This document shows, in pieces, positions 34,135 to 48,155 of a stretch of 64,000 nucleotides of DNA (the first letter of the stretch is position 1; the number at the start of each line of letters is the position of its first letter). The translations under genes and the position numbers were made by a program. The notes under the pieces are model-generated. The model was not told where the DNA came from, searched no databases, and saw nothing but the letters and a program-made list of their open reading frames with translations. This DNA comes from Syncephalis fuscata S228 (lineage: Eukaryota; Fungi; Zoopagomycota): contig JAHLTZ010000040.1 of the NCBI GenBank assembly GCA_025786725.1, positions 62,001 to 126,000 on the forward strand, read 5' to 3'.

Positions 34135-35406
34135 TTATACTTTATTGTCATCCGCTTTTTTGTGAAGTAAAGTAAGACCAAAAAATATGGGCAAATAAAC
34201 GAGACTGGCAAAGAAAAGTTTACGCGCAGTGCCATTATTTGGGTTCCGCCAAAACCGCCATGCACCAACTGAAAACAGTAAATTAACGAGTGTGACATCT
34301 GCGGCAAACCACCAAGTGGTAACATCTAGCGCAGGCAATAGAGCGCCAATAGGCAATAACAGGAGACAGTTACGAAGTGATGACGCTGTATTTAGACTAG
34401 GCCGTAGTATAGAAGTCATATGATAGCCTGCTTTAGCGTATTCAGCCCGAATTAAATAGCTTAATGAATTAAAGTGAGGGAATTGCCAGGCATACAATAC
34501 GGCCCCCAATGCTAATGCGGGTAATTCAATACCGCCCGTACAAGCACTCCAGCCCATAATGGGTGGAATAGCACCGACAACAGCTCCTATCCATGTATTA
34601 GCAATTGAACGACGCTTCATAGGTGTATATACAGCGGTGTAGAGTAGAATGTTGGCGGCACCCAATACGGCCGTCGTTGGATTGACACACGTCCATAGAA
34701 TGGTGGCCCCAGAAAGGCCACTTAATGTACCAACGGTAAATGCTTGTAACGGGCTACAGGCCCGTCTTACTAGAGCCCGTTTACGCGTACGGGCCATTTG
34801 AGCATCGAATGGCACCTCAAGCCATTGATTAATGGCATTGGCTGATCCCACACATAATGCTGTACCAGTAGTAGTCCAGAATAATGTAGCCAAATTAGTG
34901 GCACCAGGAGCGAGTGCATAGCCACACATCGTAGTCAATACTAACCGTATATATTAATAAATAGTGTATATTTTGCTATTGTTATATTATTATTTACCAA
35001 CGAGTGCGGCCAATCGACCTTTGCTTAACTCTTTAATAACACCAGGCCAACTTGATAGCGACGTGGTAGGTATAGCTTTCCATCGTAGTTCATCATCATT
35101 GATGGATGATATAGATATCTTTGATGGTATAGTAGTGATTGGTGTTGTTGTTGAAGTATTAGTATTAGTAGTAGGCGACAGTGTAGATTTTTCTTTGGCT
35201 GCATTGGTCACTAATACACGCTTTACTATATCGCCTCCACTGCCCCTACCAATATTAATACCGCGTCTTAGATGAAATGACTCATTTGTATTGTAGCCTA
35301 TTAATCTTTTTGTGATTGTTAGAGATCTAGTAGTTATAGTAAGGCTTTTCGGTCTCGGTACGTGTACACGCGCCAAACCTAATAGCGGTCGCGATAACAT
35401 TAACAT
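34135..35406 (-). CDS. COX10: Protoheme IX farnesyltransferase (heme O synthase)
   Basis: Mitochondrial-like N-terminus. Motifs ELSKGRL, NQWLEVPFDAQMART, YTPMKR, NTWIGAVVGAIPPIMGW, WQFPHFNSL. Confidence 0.96.
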
Positions 35407-35760
35407 GGCCACTACTAACAAAGAAAGGGAAATAGTAGCTACAAACTATTATTTCCACTGAGCTATTTTACTTTGACTTTCTATCCTTAAACTGGGAACA
35501 AAAAGATCTATAACTCAAATAAACCATCGACCAGTCTTACTACTGAAAAGTGTGATTTGTTGAAGCAGTGTCATATCAACTCCGATTGAATTAATCAGAG
35601 TCAATTAATCAGCACTATTTTCAATGTCCAACATTAGTGTTAATGCTGTTAAATAGTATTTCATGCCAATTACAATAAAATATAATAAATAGATAAATGA
35701 TAGTAATAAGTAAATGTTGATTCATATTATTGTCGTTGTTAAGTATTCAAAGTATTACAC

Positions 35761-35808
35761 TTTGATGATGGATGTCATTCACCAGTCACCATCATGTTCA
35801 ATAGATTG
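35761..35808. repeat. Dispersed repeat similar to ~54138-54186
   Basis: TCATGTTCAATAGATTG is identical in both copies, and each is preceded by similar TTTGAT...GATGTCAT sequence. Confidence 0.6.
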
Positions 35809-35875
35809 AATATTGTAAAATGCTAGTCAAAGGTTGTCTTGTTTAATTATAAATTTATTAACAATTTGAATATAA

Positions 35876-37705
35876 TCACGCCTTTTTAAACTTGTGTGAA
35901 GTGGGCTTTTGAGTACGATTGAATTGTTGATATGCTAAACAAATGGTGTAGGCAATACCAGCTAATACGCTCATCAAGCCTAGGACAGTAACAATCCATA
36001 CATCAACATTTCTTGCCCGCCACCAATCCATACGCACACCGGCTGGTTCGAGTAATTTTAATGCACCAGGAACCGCAGCCAACTCAACCATGTCTGCGGC
36101 ATGGGATAATTGGCGGTTATACGTTCTTGTAATCTTTTGAAGTTTAGCCACGGCTTGTCGAGCTTTTTCGGCACTTTCACCTTCAAGTAGATGTTGGAAC
36201 GCAGCGTGCATCACCTTGGTACCAACTTGATTCCATTTGACAAAAACAGCTGCACCAAGGCTTGCTAGTTTTCTAGCATTATCTAGCTGATCACTGAATC
36301 CAGGAATGGCCAATATTGGCTTGCCTGCATCCATGGCTTCATGGACTGATCCACTGCCACAATGTGAAATAAAAATCTTTACCGATGGGTGATTTAATAA
36401 AGCCCGTTGAGGTGCAACATTGGTAATGTAAATAAATGGATGCTTTCCTGTTTGCATATCTTGAAGTGTGTGCTCTTCTTCTACTTCAATAGAAGTGGAA
36501 GTTTGAACTTTTGTATGAACGGATAGTGGTAGTTTGTCAGCTTTGGTGTTCATTAGGCCCCAGACAACACCGTCGATTAGACCGGCGTGGTATGCTTTGA
36601 CTAACGAGTGTATCATATCTTGGAATTGAGTTGATCCAATAACAAAGATGCTACCAAAGCCAATAAAAATAGTTTTGCTGCGTGTAGATAAAAAGTCTTT
36701 GAGTTCGGTGGTCAGCGGTGTGTATGTGTCTGATAGTGCCGGTCCTATATAAACAACATTAGGTCGGACAGGACGTGGTTGCTATAATATAGAAACAGTT
36801 GTTGGATGTTAGATGCTAACTATTAAATCTGCTTTACATCATATTGCTTACATCGTAACCAGGAACGGTAACAACAAATATCAAACTTTTGTCATATAAA
36901 TGAGAAAGGCCGGTGTATGGCTTAACACCAGCCTTTTTTAATACGCTTGCTTGAAACTCGAGCCCAGGTTGTATGGTGTTTTGTACCATAAGTGGCATAA
37001 TGATGGCACTATGAAAACGTCTCCAAAACGAAGAATGTTCATGAGTAGGTAGACCTTCATCGTTAGGTATGGGCAAATACGGTTGATTGCTAGTTTCTAT
37101 TATTATTATTATTATTAAAATACATTAGTACTAAATACAACATCCATGACTATCTTACCATCCAGGCTTAGAGTGGATAGTCTAATGACACACGAAACAT
37201 CAAGAGAATGAGCGGCATCGATGCATGAGCGCATAAAGTAATCACACATTACAACATCCATTGGGCCACCATCTCCCGATTTGCCAGATATAATATCGCG
37301 AAGAGTATGGTATTGCCATTCATAATTTCTGTAAATTATTTTTATAAATATGTTAAATAAAGAGGCTGGATTTTTTTCTTGTGCAATTGCGATGTCGTTT
37401 AAACGAGCAACTCTCTCTTCATGTGATAGCTGCGTGTCTCCTAGGTCAATAAGCTTTATTTTTGGCTGGTCAGCGGCCCATTTTAGCCGGCCTCTCATGG
37501 TAGCAAAGTGGACTTCATGGCCACGAGCTATCAGTTCTTTACATACAGCAAGGAAATAAGCAGCATGTGATTTTGTCCCAGTTCCAACGCCCAATAGAAC
37601 GCGTATCGGTGTTGGTTCATTGGTACTGGATATAGCTAGTGCCGATGAAGCTAAAAAGACGGCAAGAGCCGCAGAAATAAGGCTAAGGTTAAAAAATAAT
37701 CTCAT
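35876..37705 (-). CDS. Family GT1 UDP-glycosyltransferase, ER type-I membrane topology
   Basis: Signal peptide, N-terminal catalytic His region (KSH), UGT signature APQRALLNHPSVKIFISHCGSGSVHEA...PGFSDQLDNA, C-terminal TM helix and KxKxx end. Two introns. Confidence 0.92.
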
Positions 37706-40700
37706 GGTAACTATCAGATTAGTATGCTATCACAAAAACGATAAAACAAAAGCCATTTTATTATATAGTCGTATTATGACTATTGATAAAGTATGGATGG
37801 CCAGAGTTATGCACGTCGACGCATGCATTTTGACGCATGAGCATAGGCCTATTTTTGCTAAACGATTTTTTAATTTCAACAAATGTGATCTTTGGGCTTT
37901 TGCAACCTGGTGTTAATAACTATATTTTATTCTTTGTTTTTTAATATGTTCTTTATTTAATAGAATATGGTTATTAACACCAGATCAGAACAAAGTGATC
38001 CTTGGATTTTAGGGATGTAAAATTAGTCTAATTACTAGTTTTACTTTTCCAAGTTAATAAAGCTCCAGTTTTAATGCTTATCGACCAATCCTTAAGTGAA
38101 AAATTCTTGTTAATGTAGCATATCGGCATAGCTTACCTTACAGTATGGTTCTGCTCTTATCTGTGTTCAGCAATCGGCCATCTTGTTGAATTGTTAAGCC
38201 TGCAACAAGTTAAAGCAATTGCTATTTTGTTTAGTTTATTAATTAAATATAATCATTTCTTTACATATATCAACATGTGCAATTAGTTATATTTGATACA
38301 GCTACATTGACAGTGCTCATTTTACCGATAATATCAATTATTTATTTACATTATTTCCAATACATTAATATTAAACAATTCATTAATAATCTAGTGTGAT
38401 TTGGTGGTTAAATGACTAAATTCAATAATATTCAGTACACATGTTATTTCTATTCTATCACATACTACTATATATTGTATAATGATATATTGGGTACATT
38501 TTATTGTTATGGGTTTCAATTACATATAGCTTGCTAAATGAATGAGGTGAATAAGTTAAAGTTTATTAATAATAGTGCTAGAACCAAAAGAACAACTCCA
38601 ATAGCTAGCACGTATTTACTGGACAATAAAATAATATACAATATAAATAATTTACAATGTGAAATGGCGATTAAATATGTCAAAATTATTGAGCATATAT
38701 GCATGCTGAATGAGCAGAATTAGTCGACATTTGTTAATAAGGTGTTAGATTTAAAATGAAAGCAATTTTGAATAGATGGAAGTTGGACGAGTATAGAATG
38801 ATATATAAAATGATAAATATACTGTTGTTACGCTTCTAGTTTTAGAAATCGCAACTTAGATGACCAAGCAACACCTTATTCTGTCGTTATCCTATAACGT
38901 TAATTTCTTATGCTTATTAACGCTTACCTTGACGCTCAGAATACAATGTGTTGTTTGGTTGTATTGCTTTTATAATAAAACTATTCCTTATTGGTCATTA
39001 ATTACCACAGTTTAACTATAATAAACTGAATAACTTGTATGACACTAAGTAGAAATAACATTGGACTAGAAACTTGATTATTCCTTTATTGATATTGAAT
39101 AAAGCTATCATTAGATAGTAAACATAACTAATAATAGAACTGAAATGCCTTGTAGTATTTCATCATTAATACAGCATATTAGTTCAGGTGACTGCTCATA
39201 TGCTCACAACTAACAAGTAGCTACTCGTCATATTGTCGTAATAGGCATTTGTTACTAGTAATCGGTACTAATATCCAATAGGTATATTATTCTTGTGACC
39301 AATCACATGCGACTTTAACTGGTGATCCAATCACATAGTATAGCTCTTGGTCACACTTTCACAAGACCCTGTATGGAATATCAGAACAGTAACACTGTAA
39401 GAAAGCATATTAAACTATATCAAAGTTACAGTATGTATAGCGTAATGAATGGAATGAGCAAAGTATGTTGTTGCATATAAACAATAAATGTGTCTAGTGT
39501 ATCATATAATGATATATATATATATATATTGGTATAGAATAAAATGGGAATGCTACAATAAATAGAGTATATATGCATACTGGATATATGTATATTGGAT
39601 AATAAATCTATAATGCTGTGTATTTTGGACCCTGATGTGAATTGCCACCCACTTCCATATTTAATAGAAAAAAATTTAGTTTAAATGTGTAATATTATTA
39701 AATGTAGTCATTTGACATTCAAAACAAACAATAAAGACAACTATATTTATAGAACAATGTCATCAATAAAATAAGAAGAATGGATATCAATGCATAAACA
39801 AATGTCATTAACATAGAACATGATATTATAATTAACAACTAAACTTGTAAGCATTGGATTTAGCATACAAGCAACAATTTTTATTGAATGTTAAATAAAA
39901 TACTTGTAAACATATCTATTCTAAACTACATCTTGTATATATCATTAAGTATTGATCCATCAAGAAAGAAAGAGAAAGAGTTAATAAATAAATAAAGTAT
40001 AAATGGTTATACCAACACGCTATCTTAGTCTGTCAAAACTGCCAAGTGGTGTGGAATTGGGATGTCATGGTAAGCAAAAATCTTTTTCATATCAATAGAT
40101 CAATATGGAGTGGGAATGACAGACCAGCTGAGTTTGCCAGATCATTTCAGACCAACATAATCACCGCTGAGAACGCAGGTTTAATCTTCCCTGGAAAATG
40201 ATTTAGATATCGAAGGCAAGTTTTATTAAAAGGTTTAACATTGTTACTAATACAATTATTTGTTATATTCAATTCTATTTTATGGAAACGATAATAAACA
40301 ATAATATTACGTTAATGTTTATTGTGAATGACGACTTAAACACAAATCAATTAATCGAATCATTACAATCGATTGCGTAAAATAATTTATTGTGCTGAAC
40401 TAGAGAAATGGTAGAAAGAAGTAGGGGGATGAAAGTACAATTCAGCCACTTTAATCTATTGCTCTATTTCTCTCTCTCTCTCTCTATCTATCTCTCTATC
40501 TATCTCCACTTACTTTTAGTATTGCTTCTGGTTCTCTCTTATTCTCTTATTCTTGTTTTCTCTAAACTCGTTTATTGCTTTCTATTACATTGCCTTATAA
40601 CGGGTTATTATCTTTATTAACACCTTTATTAGTTGCTATTAACTAAATACTATTGTTTCTTGATAGTGACGCGTTTGTCCTTTGTTAAAACAATTAGTCT

Positions 40701-40893
40701 AAACGACTATTGTTTAATAAGAAACATTATACAAACAACGTAGTAGTAACCGCGCCATTCCTGCTGGGTGACAGTAAGTAGCTACAACAACCAGTATGAT
40801 GTATTAAAACGTGTCATCTATATGAATAGGGTGGCAATTTAAATCTACTGACTTCAATAGCTATATTACGCTGTACTACAAGACACGCTAGTC

Positions 40894-42085
40894 ATGTTGC
40901 CACTAGGTCAATTGATTGGCTATTTACTAATACTTGGCGTATTAGCAGTGATTAGTGTAAGCTGTATTATCCCATATGTATTATTCGATGTGTATTAACT
41001 ACTAGTAACTAATAGGTTTGTACCTATTTGGTACTTACTTCACCGGCTAAACGGGTACGGACGCCTCATGGATTGAAACTTCGAGATGCTCAAAATGATC
41101 TTCCTATGACATTGCCTAATTTGAGTGATGATGCCAGTGTTTACCTTTCTGTAGTTGTGCCGGCATACAATGAAGAGGAACGACTTGGTATCATGTTGGA
41201 TGAAACGGCACAGTTCTTATATGAACGACAACAACAACAGTCTAGTTTTACCTATGAAATTCTTATTGTTGATGATGGCAGCAAAGATAAGACATCGGCT
41301 GTGGCACTTGATTATGCCCAAAAGCATACTGAATACAATATTCGAGTACTTACACTAGCACAGAATCGTGGTAAAGGTGGCGCTGTAGCCGAGGTAATAG
41401 TAGTATATTATAGATGATAATTACTATCATATTAATAGATGTGGATAGGGCATGATGCGTGCTCGTGGTGAATATTTACTATTTGCCGATGCAGATGGCG
41501 CGACCAAGTTTGCAGACATTAATGCACTTGAAGATAAATTGACCCAAATTAATAAAGATAATCGAGGTGTTGTCGTTGGCTCACGTGCTCATCTTGTTCA
41601 AACAGATGCCGTGGTTAAAGTAAGCTATTTGAATAATACCCGTTTTAATCCTATTAATGCCATGTTGGTAATTTAGCGTTCGGCCATTCGTAATTTCCTT
41701 ATGCATGGCTTCCATCAATTGCTTTATGTACTTGGTGTACGTGAGATTCAAGATACACAATGTGGATTTAAATTATTTACACGATCAGCAGCCCAGCATA
41801 TCTTTACTAATGTCCATGTTGAAGGATGGATATTTGATGTAGAAGTGCTACTTATCGCTATGGTATGTCATTGATAGAGTAATGATGAATAATTCAATAA
41901 CATAGCCTTTATTTGCATAGCGTTGTGGCATTCCTATAGCCGAAGTACCAGTTACCTGGCACGAGGTTGATGGATCTAAAGTGTCGCTTATTCAAGACTC
42001 AATTCAAATGGCATTGGATCTGTTTACCATTCGACTTAACTATTTCCTAGGCATATGGCGTATTGAAACTGAATTATTGGATTAA
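40894..42085 (+). CDS. ALG5: Dolichyl-phosphate beta-glucosyltransferase
   Basis: Motifs [61 protein letters not shown]. Confidence 0.96.
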
Positions 42086-42478
42086 ATACTATTTTAACCA
42101 TCATAGCCCTGTGTTAATAATGAATGGATCATAACAAAATATTGAATTTAATTTAATAAAATAAAATTACTTTTAATAATCATTTAATTAAAACTTTTGT
42201 TCCTATTTAATTTTAACAAAGTATATACACACTTTATGCTATACTGTTAAACGGTTTTTGAATCTATTATAGAACTAGTCATACTATGTTATAATTTAGT
42301 GATAAACTAAACCGCCATATATCTTTTGTATAGTATACGGAATAATTAATTGTACACTAAAGCCGATTCACTTTGCAATACACATTTAACATAAGGAAAT
42401 ACACATGAATTGGAGTGGTAATTTAAATTCGGGATATACCGTTTGCATGTTTACTAATGTCCCGCAACTTTACATTTT

Positions 42479-43508
42479 TCAGACGACATATTTGTCCTTA
42501 TTGTAAGGCCCGCTCTTAGAAGCATCCGAGTGCGCCTGGAACTCGAATTGCATATTTAGACCAAGTGATTCTTTAAATTGATATCTATAGATGATCGATA
42601 CAATATTAGTTAACAGGTGTAGTAACAGCCGTCAAATGTACACACCCAATTCGCTCGCAAACATCACGCTTGTTGCATGAGCGTGTCCAGAGCGCTAAAC
42701 GATTAAATGATTTTCGCACTGACATAACAGCGCCGCAGATCTCGTCTTCGGTTTCGAATGTTTCGCCAATACATGCCAACATCTACAAAGAACAACATTA
42801 GTATTCGTTACCATACTAGTATACAATAGTACAGCATCAACTTCTCTATTACTGTTACAACCACTTACCGTAAATAACCAATAGTCATTGATGTCAGTAC
42901 TACGCGATTTTTGTAACTGCACAACCCATTTGCCACCCTTGGCATTAGCAGCATCTTCCCACATGGGCTTGATGCCTTTTTTGAATAAATGATAATTGGC
43001 TCCGGATTGTAACTCGTTTACTTTGGAAACATTGTTATACACGCTAACCGCATCTATTAGTATGTCTAATTTATGGCATATATCGTACAGAAGACAAACA
43101 TACCCCCAAAAGTCTTCTACAGAATCAAAAGTAACAATTTCCTTAAGATTTTGTGACCAAGTTTGCGCACTGGCAGTCCGTTTGCCTCCTTGATCGTACC
43201 AAAGCGTCCAGCTGTGGTAGAGTGGATGCTTCACATTGAAATTAACGGGATCGGCCAAGACCGTAGTATAGGATGGGTCGTCCAGATCTTCTGCATTGTC
43301 TAGCCGTCGTAGAAATAGACGCGATCGTAATCGTCGCAAGTACAGCCAGTTAGAAATAGCCATAAAAGTCACCATATTCTTTTTTATACAGCAGTCTCCT
43401 TTTCTACTTACCACCACTGTCACCATTACCACCAACAACTGCAACTGGTTCTTCTTCGGGGCGTGTATCTTCACTAGTGTTGTTATGGATTTCACTCAGC
43501 GATGCCAT
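42479..43508 (-). CDS. Translation initiation factor eIF4E (class I)
   Basis: Motifs KHPLYHSWTLWYD, TWSQNL, VEDFWG, FKKGIKPMWED, GGKW, LALWT. The cap-binding tryptophans are present. Confidence 0.96.
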
Positions 43509-44286
43509 TCTATAGTTATAGCGGTAAAGGCAGCCATAAGTAAAAAAGCCATGAAATACACTTTGTTAAGCAAAACTTACGCGTAGATAGGGAAATAGTA
43601 CGATGAAAATAAAATAATACTCAATTGCGCTTAAAGTAAACGAATCGTGCGGTAAAAGATAGTGTAGGCAAACGATCGTGTAGGAGAAGCAAGAGAGGGC
43701 AGAACGAAGAGATGAACGGATGTACGTGAGTAAGATCCAGAGTGTATGTTTGAAGGAATCGAGACGAGACTGTAAAGGAACGAAGACGGAAAGACTTGAG
43801 AGAAAAAGAAAAGGGTGGTGCTGTGCTGTGTGTTATGCTGTGTGTGTGTGTAGTGAACTTTACTTTTATTTCTTGTTATTTCTATTGTATTATTATTATG
43901 AAAATATGGATATCGTGTTTTATTATGATTAGTATTAATGTTGTTATTACTGTTATTATAGCATTTTTATTATTGTTATTATGTGTATCTATTATTATTG
44001 TGGTTATTGTTATTGTTATTATTATGCTTTGTCATTAGTCTCCTTCTCTTTATTTATAATAGAATAAAATAAAACAATGGATTAATGATAAAGATAATGG
44101 TACACAATAGCTAGTTACCAATTTAACAAAGAAACTTTTCAATCTTCAAAATTGTGTGTATATAATTTTTCTGTAAATAGGATCGATAATAGAAACTGTC
44201 AAGCTTGAGTGAGTGGGTGAGTGATGGGAGGTGTGTGTGTGTGTGTGTGTTCATCATATCCCGCCACCAACCAGTCCACTCAAGTG

Positions 44287-44300
44287 TTCCTCCTCTTTCT
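44287..44300 (+). promoter_or_regulatory. Pyrimidine tract TTCCTCCTCTTTCT upstream of RPS4 (TOP/TCT-like)
   Basis: Lies ~55 nt upstream of the ATG. Shares CCTCCTCTTTC with RPS28. Confidence 0.5.
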
Positions 44301-44354
44301 GACCGTTCGGGATAGGCTACATCGTCGCTCTCTCGGCACTATATACCATTCACA

Positions 44355-45880
44355 ATGGTACGTTACGCGTATAATGCTACAGCATCTATCCATCCATCTA
44401 TCCATCCATCCATCCATTCATTCAATGGACATGTATATATATGCATTATTGTTAGATGGTGCATGAATGATAGATAGCATATAGACGCGGTTGTTCAATG
44501 GATGGATTGGTGGATAGGTAGATGGCTAGGTAGATAGGCGACAATGACAGCTAGTCATTGTATGCTATAGAACTGTAAAGTAATCGTCTAGACTTGTCAA
44601 GCCTACATAATAGTGCACGTTAATAGAGCACTTGACGTTGTGTTACTGTGTGTGTACATGCACAATTGGACAAGTTTAGACGACTTTAATACATGGTACT
44701 AACGAACTGATTGCTATTTTGGCTATTTTATTATATAGGCGCGGGGTCCCAAGAAGCATATGAAGCGGCTCAATGCCCCTAAGCATTGGATGCTGGACAA
44801 ACTTACCGGCACCTATGTATGTATTGTGATAAACTAGAGCCATGGTATATATTTTTGTCAAATAGTGTAGATAGCGCTGTTGTTGTTGCTGTTGTCGGCG
44901 CTATTGTTATAAGCACTATTTGGATCAAATATTAGTGCTATATTATCGTTATAGTTGCATATACTGATGGATCGATCTCTATACATGCGCACTATTTAGG
45001 CACCAAGACCATCTGCCGGTCCTCACAAGCTTCGTGAGTGCTTGCCACTCATCGTCTTCTTGCGTAACCGCCTCAAGTATGCTTTGAACCGCAAGGAGGT
45101 TCAGAACATTTTGATGCAGCGTTTGGTCAAGGTTGACGGCAAGGTTCGCACCGATACTACCTACCCAAGTGGCTTCATGGGTAAGTGGTGGTAGTTGTAC
45201 GAGTGTGGCTTTAGTGTACAGTATTAATAATGGACGGGTATTGAATCAATCTAGATGTCATCTCTATTGAAAAGACTGGCGAGAACTTCCGTCTCCTTTA
45301 TGACACCAAGGGACGCTTCACCATCCACCGCATCACCGCTGAAGAGGCTAAGGTAATTAGCGACACTAGTATTATAGTGGCCAGTTATTAATTTACATTA
45401 TTTATTGTGCTATTTCAACCATTTACACTTAATTTAACGTGTTTAGTACAAGCTCTGCAAGGTGAAGAAGGTCCAGGTTGGCACCAAGGCTATTCCATTC
45501 GTTGTCACCCACGATGGTCGCACCATCCGTTACCCAGACCCACTCGTCAAGGCCAACGACACTATCAAGTTTGACTTGGAGACCGGCAAGATTGTCGAAC
45601 CGTCAAGTTCGACGTCGGTAACGTTGCCATCATCACCGGTGGACGTAACACAGGCCGTGTTGGTGTCATCACTCACCGCGAGCGTCACCATGGTGGTTTC
45701 GACATTGTCCACGTTAAGGATGTCCTCGACAGACAATTCGCCACCCGTATGACCAACGTGTTCGTGATCGGTCAGGGCAGCAAGCCATGGATCAGCCTAC
45801 CAAAGGGCAAGGGCGTCAAGCTCACCATCACCGAAGAGCGTGATCGTCGTCGTCAGCGTGCTATTGCTGCCTCCTCTTAA
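44355..45880 (+). CDS. RPS4: 40S ribosomal protein S4 (eS4)
   Basis: ATG|gtacgt at 44355, intron to 44738 with TACTAAC branch point. Protein [22 protein letters not shown]...[18 protein letters not shown]. Apparent -1 deletion at ~45599. Confidence 0.97.
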
Positions 45881-46277
45881 GCTTACCTTGTCTGTCTATT
45901 GCCATTTGAGCCCGACTGTCACGGAATGCGAAATAAACCGGCCTTTAACTGCCGTTCTCTTTGCTTATTCAGAATATTATTATAATTATATATGTGTGTA
46001 TTGGTGTCTATGTATTTATTTGTATTTGTTGTGTATGTGTATTTGTGTTTGTATATGTGTGCTATTTAGATATGAAACAACATTGTGTATATGTTTAAAT
46101 TGTAGAATACATTAAAATGATACGTTTAGTGTATGTAATACTTTATAGAGATGAAACCATATTCAACTAGTAACTATTTCATTAATACTTTTGTCATACA
46201 ATTGTCATACAATGACGATACAACTGGTATGTAAAAGCCAAAGAGAATAGAGTTCAGACTGGATTGAAGGATTGTAA

Positions 46278-47645
46278 TTATTTCTTAGTTAATTCGGCAC
46301 CAATCTTATAGTTGGCAATCTAATTAAAAATAATAATATATTATTATTATAATTGCAATAAAAAGTTAATAAATATCAATAATATTATATAGTATGGTTA
46401 TTATTATATATGTATTACCTTATCCCATTCTAATCGTTTTCGTGTAATGGGCAATGTACGTCGTAGATTTTTAAACGTACATCCCGATAACTGGGTATAA
46501 GTGGTATTTAATCCGCGTTGATATTCATCTTCAGCATGCGTAACTAGCTTTACAATTTGACTAGCAGCTATTTTAGGAATCTAAAAAGCAAATATATTAA
46601 ATTGTTAAATAGGTTAAAGTAGGATTTAAGCGTATTATTGTTAATTTTAATGATAACAATGCTATTATTGCTGTCTTAACTGTACTTACACTGGTACCTG
46701 CAACTGAATCTTCAATGGATTTAGATGAGGCCATTTGAACATTACCATCTTCATAGTAATGGATATTTGTAGTGATTTTGCCTTTAAACACATTTGAATT
46801 GCGGGTCCATGTCCATACAGAGCGCCATCGACCATTCCTATTTATTAGTTATTAATATTGCTGTTATTAATGCTGCTATAACTATACAGTGTTAACTAGC
46901 TTACCAGAAATTGCTTGGATTGTACTTATTGTCTACAATAACAATAGTAACTTCATCTTCTTTTTTAAACACGGCCGATGTGCCTTGTGGATAACGATCA
47001 GCTACATATTGAACAATAGCATCACTAATCACTTGTCTAATGATTATAGCTCATTAATATTGGGATTGACAATTGACCATTAGGTTATCTACCGGTACAA
47101 TTCATCCTCTGTATCTTCTGCTTCTATGTCCTCAATCTCGGAAATGGCCTATTAATACATTATCTAGTTAATTGTTTATAAGTAATCTTGTTTATCTACT
47201 TACCTGGCGTACATGATCAAATTCAAATGTCTTTTTAGACGATGGATCAAGATAGCGATTATCGCCTAAAGATGCAGCCTCACAAATAATGGCCTAACAT
47301 ATGTATTAATATTATTAATTAGTTAATTAGCTATTGATTTATTTTAGCTAAAATACACTTACCGATTCTGATTGACCAGAAAGTTTTACAGTGACTAGTT
47401 GTTCAGTATTGTATTTTTTTAACGTATCTGCAATGCCTTCTTCTATCGCCTCGTCTTCACCAACTAGAGCGCGGATATCTATAGTTAATAATAGGGACCA
47501 TTTGTATTAGAATAGTATTTACACATATACAGATATAATATAGCTTACCGTTGAGTACATCTGTTACCTCGCCTGGTGGACTATCCAATAGGAATCCCGA
47601 AATAATACGCAGTTTCTCCTCGGTACTGATCTCCTCGTAATCCAT
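46278..47645 (-). CDS. CAP1: F-actin capping protein alpha subunit
   Basis: Motifs FLLDSPPGEV, NFWNGRWRS, IHYYEDGNVQ, FKNLRRTLPITRKRLEWDKI. Confidence 0.96.
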
Positions 47646-47791
47646 AGTGCTAGTAGCGGTATACAGGCGTTGAAAGAATACGCAAGATGATGAAGAGAAC
47701 AGTCAGTATGTAGAGTGTTATGTGTGAAGGCAAGCTAAAGAAGGGAAGGAGGGAAGGCGCTGTTATGTAGAAGGGCACGTCATCTGCCACA

Positions 47792-47818
47792 ACACACACA
47801 CACACACACACACACACA
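47792..47818. repeat. (CA)n microsatellite in the CAP1/UBC8 divergent promoter
   Basis: Read directly. Similar tracts occur at ~8240, ~9730, ~21679, ~44231 and ~51319. Confidence 0.85.
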
Positions 47819-48155
47819 AATATATAACATTAATAACTTGTCCATTTGGTTTCTCTTCTTTCACATAACTACGCCCAACTGCTTACTTGTCAAGCTTACT
47901 TCATTCGTTCTTTTCCTAGTAACCAATCAATCAATCAATCAATCTATCATCTATCTGAATACTGCGCCTTTTATAGTATTATCGACTATTAGGGACACGG
48001 TTTGATTTCAGCTTGTATACGTAAGTCATCATCGAGTGTATACCCAATAGACCATTGACAAAGTCTTTACAACCACTTGATAATAGCATCTTGTTCCTTT
48101 CTAGAGGTTTACATACAAGTACAGCTACGCAGCAGACGTAACAACAGTATCAGCC

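Noticed and set aside
35761-35810. Hairpin downstream of the TGA-ending UGT as a possible SECIS element
   Set aside because: The stem is plain Watson-Crick with no GA/GA quartet or apical AA placement. The TGA follows a normal ER-retrieval end.
43720-44038. Hydrophobic ORFs here and at 21920-22201, 40408-40620, 45840-46115 and 54659-54928
   Set aside because: Translations of low-complexity TTA/TG/CT-rich UTR or promoter DNA, with no family motifs.
44693-44695. ATG followed by GTACTAAC as the RPS4 start
   Set aside because: TACTAAC is better read as the branch point. ATG|GTACGT at 44355, downstream of the pyrimidine tract, is the better start.
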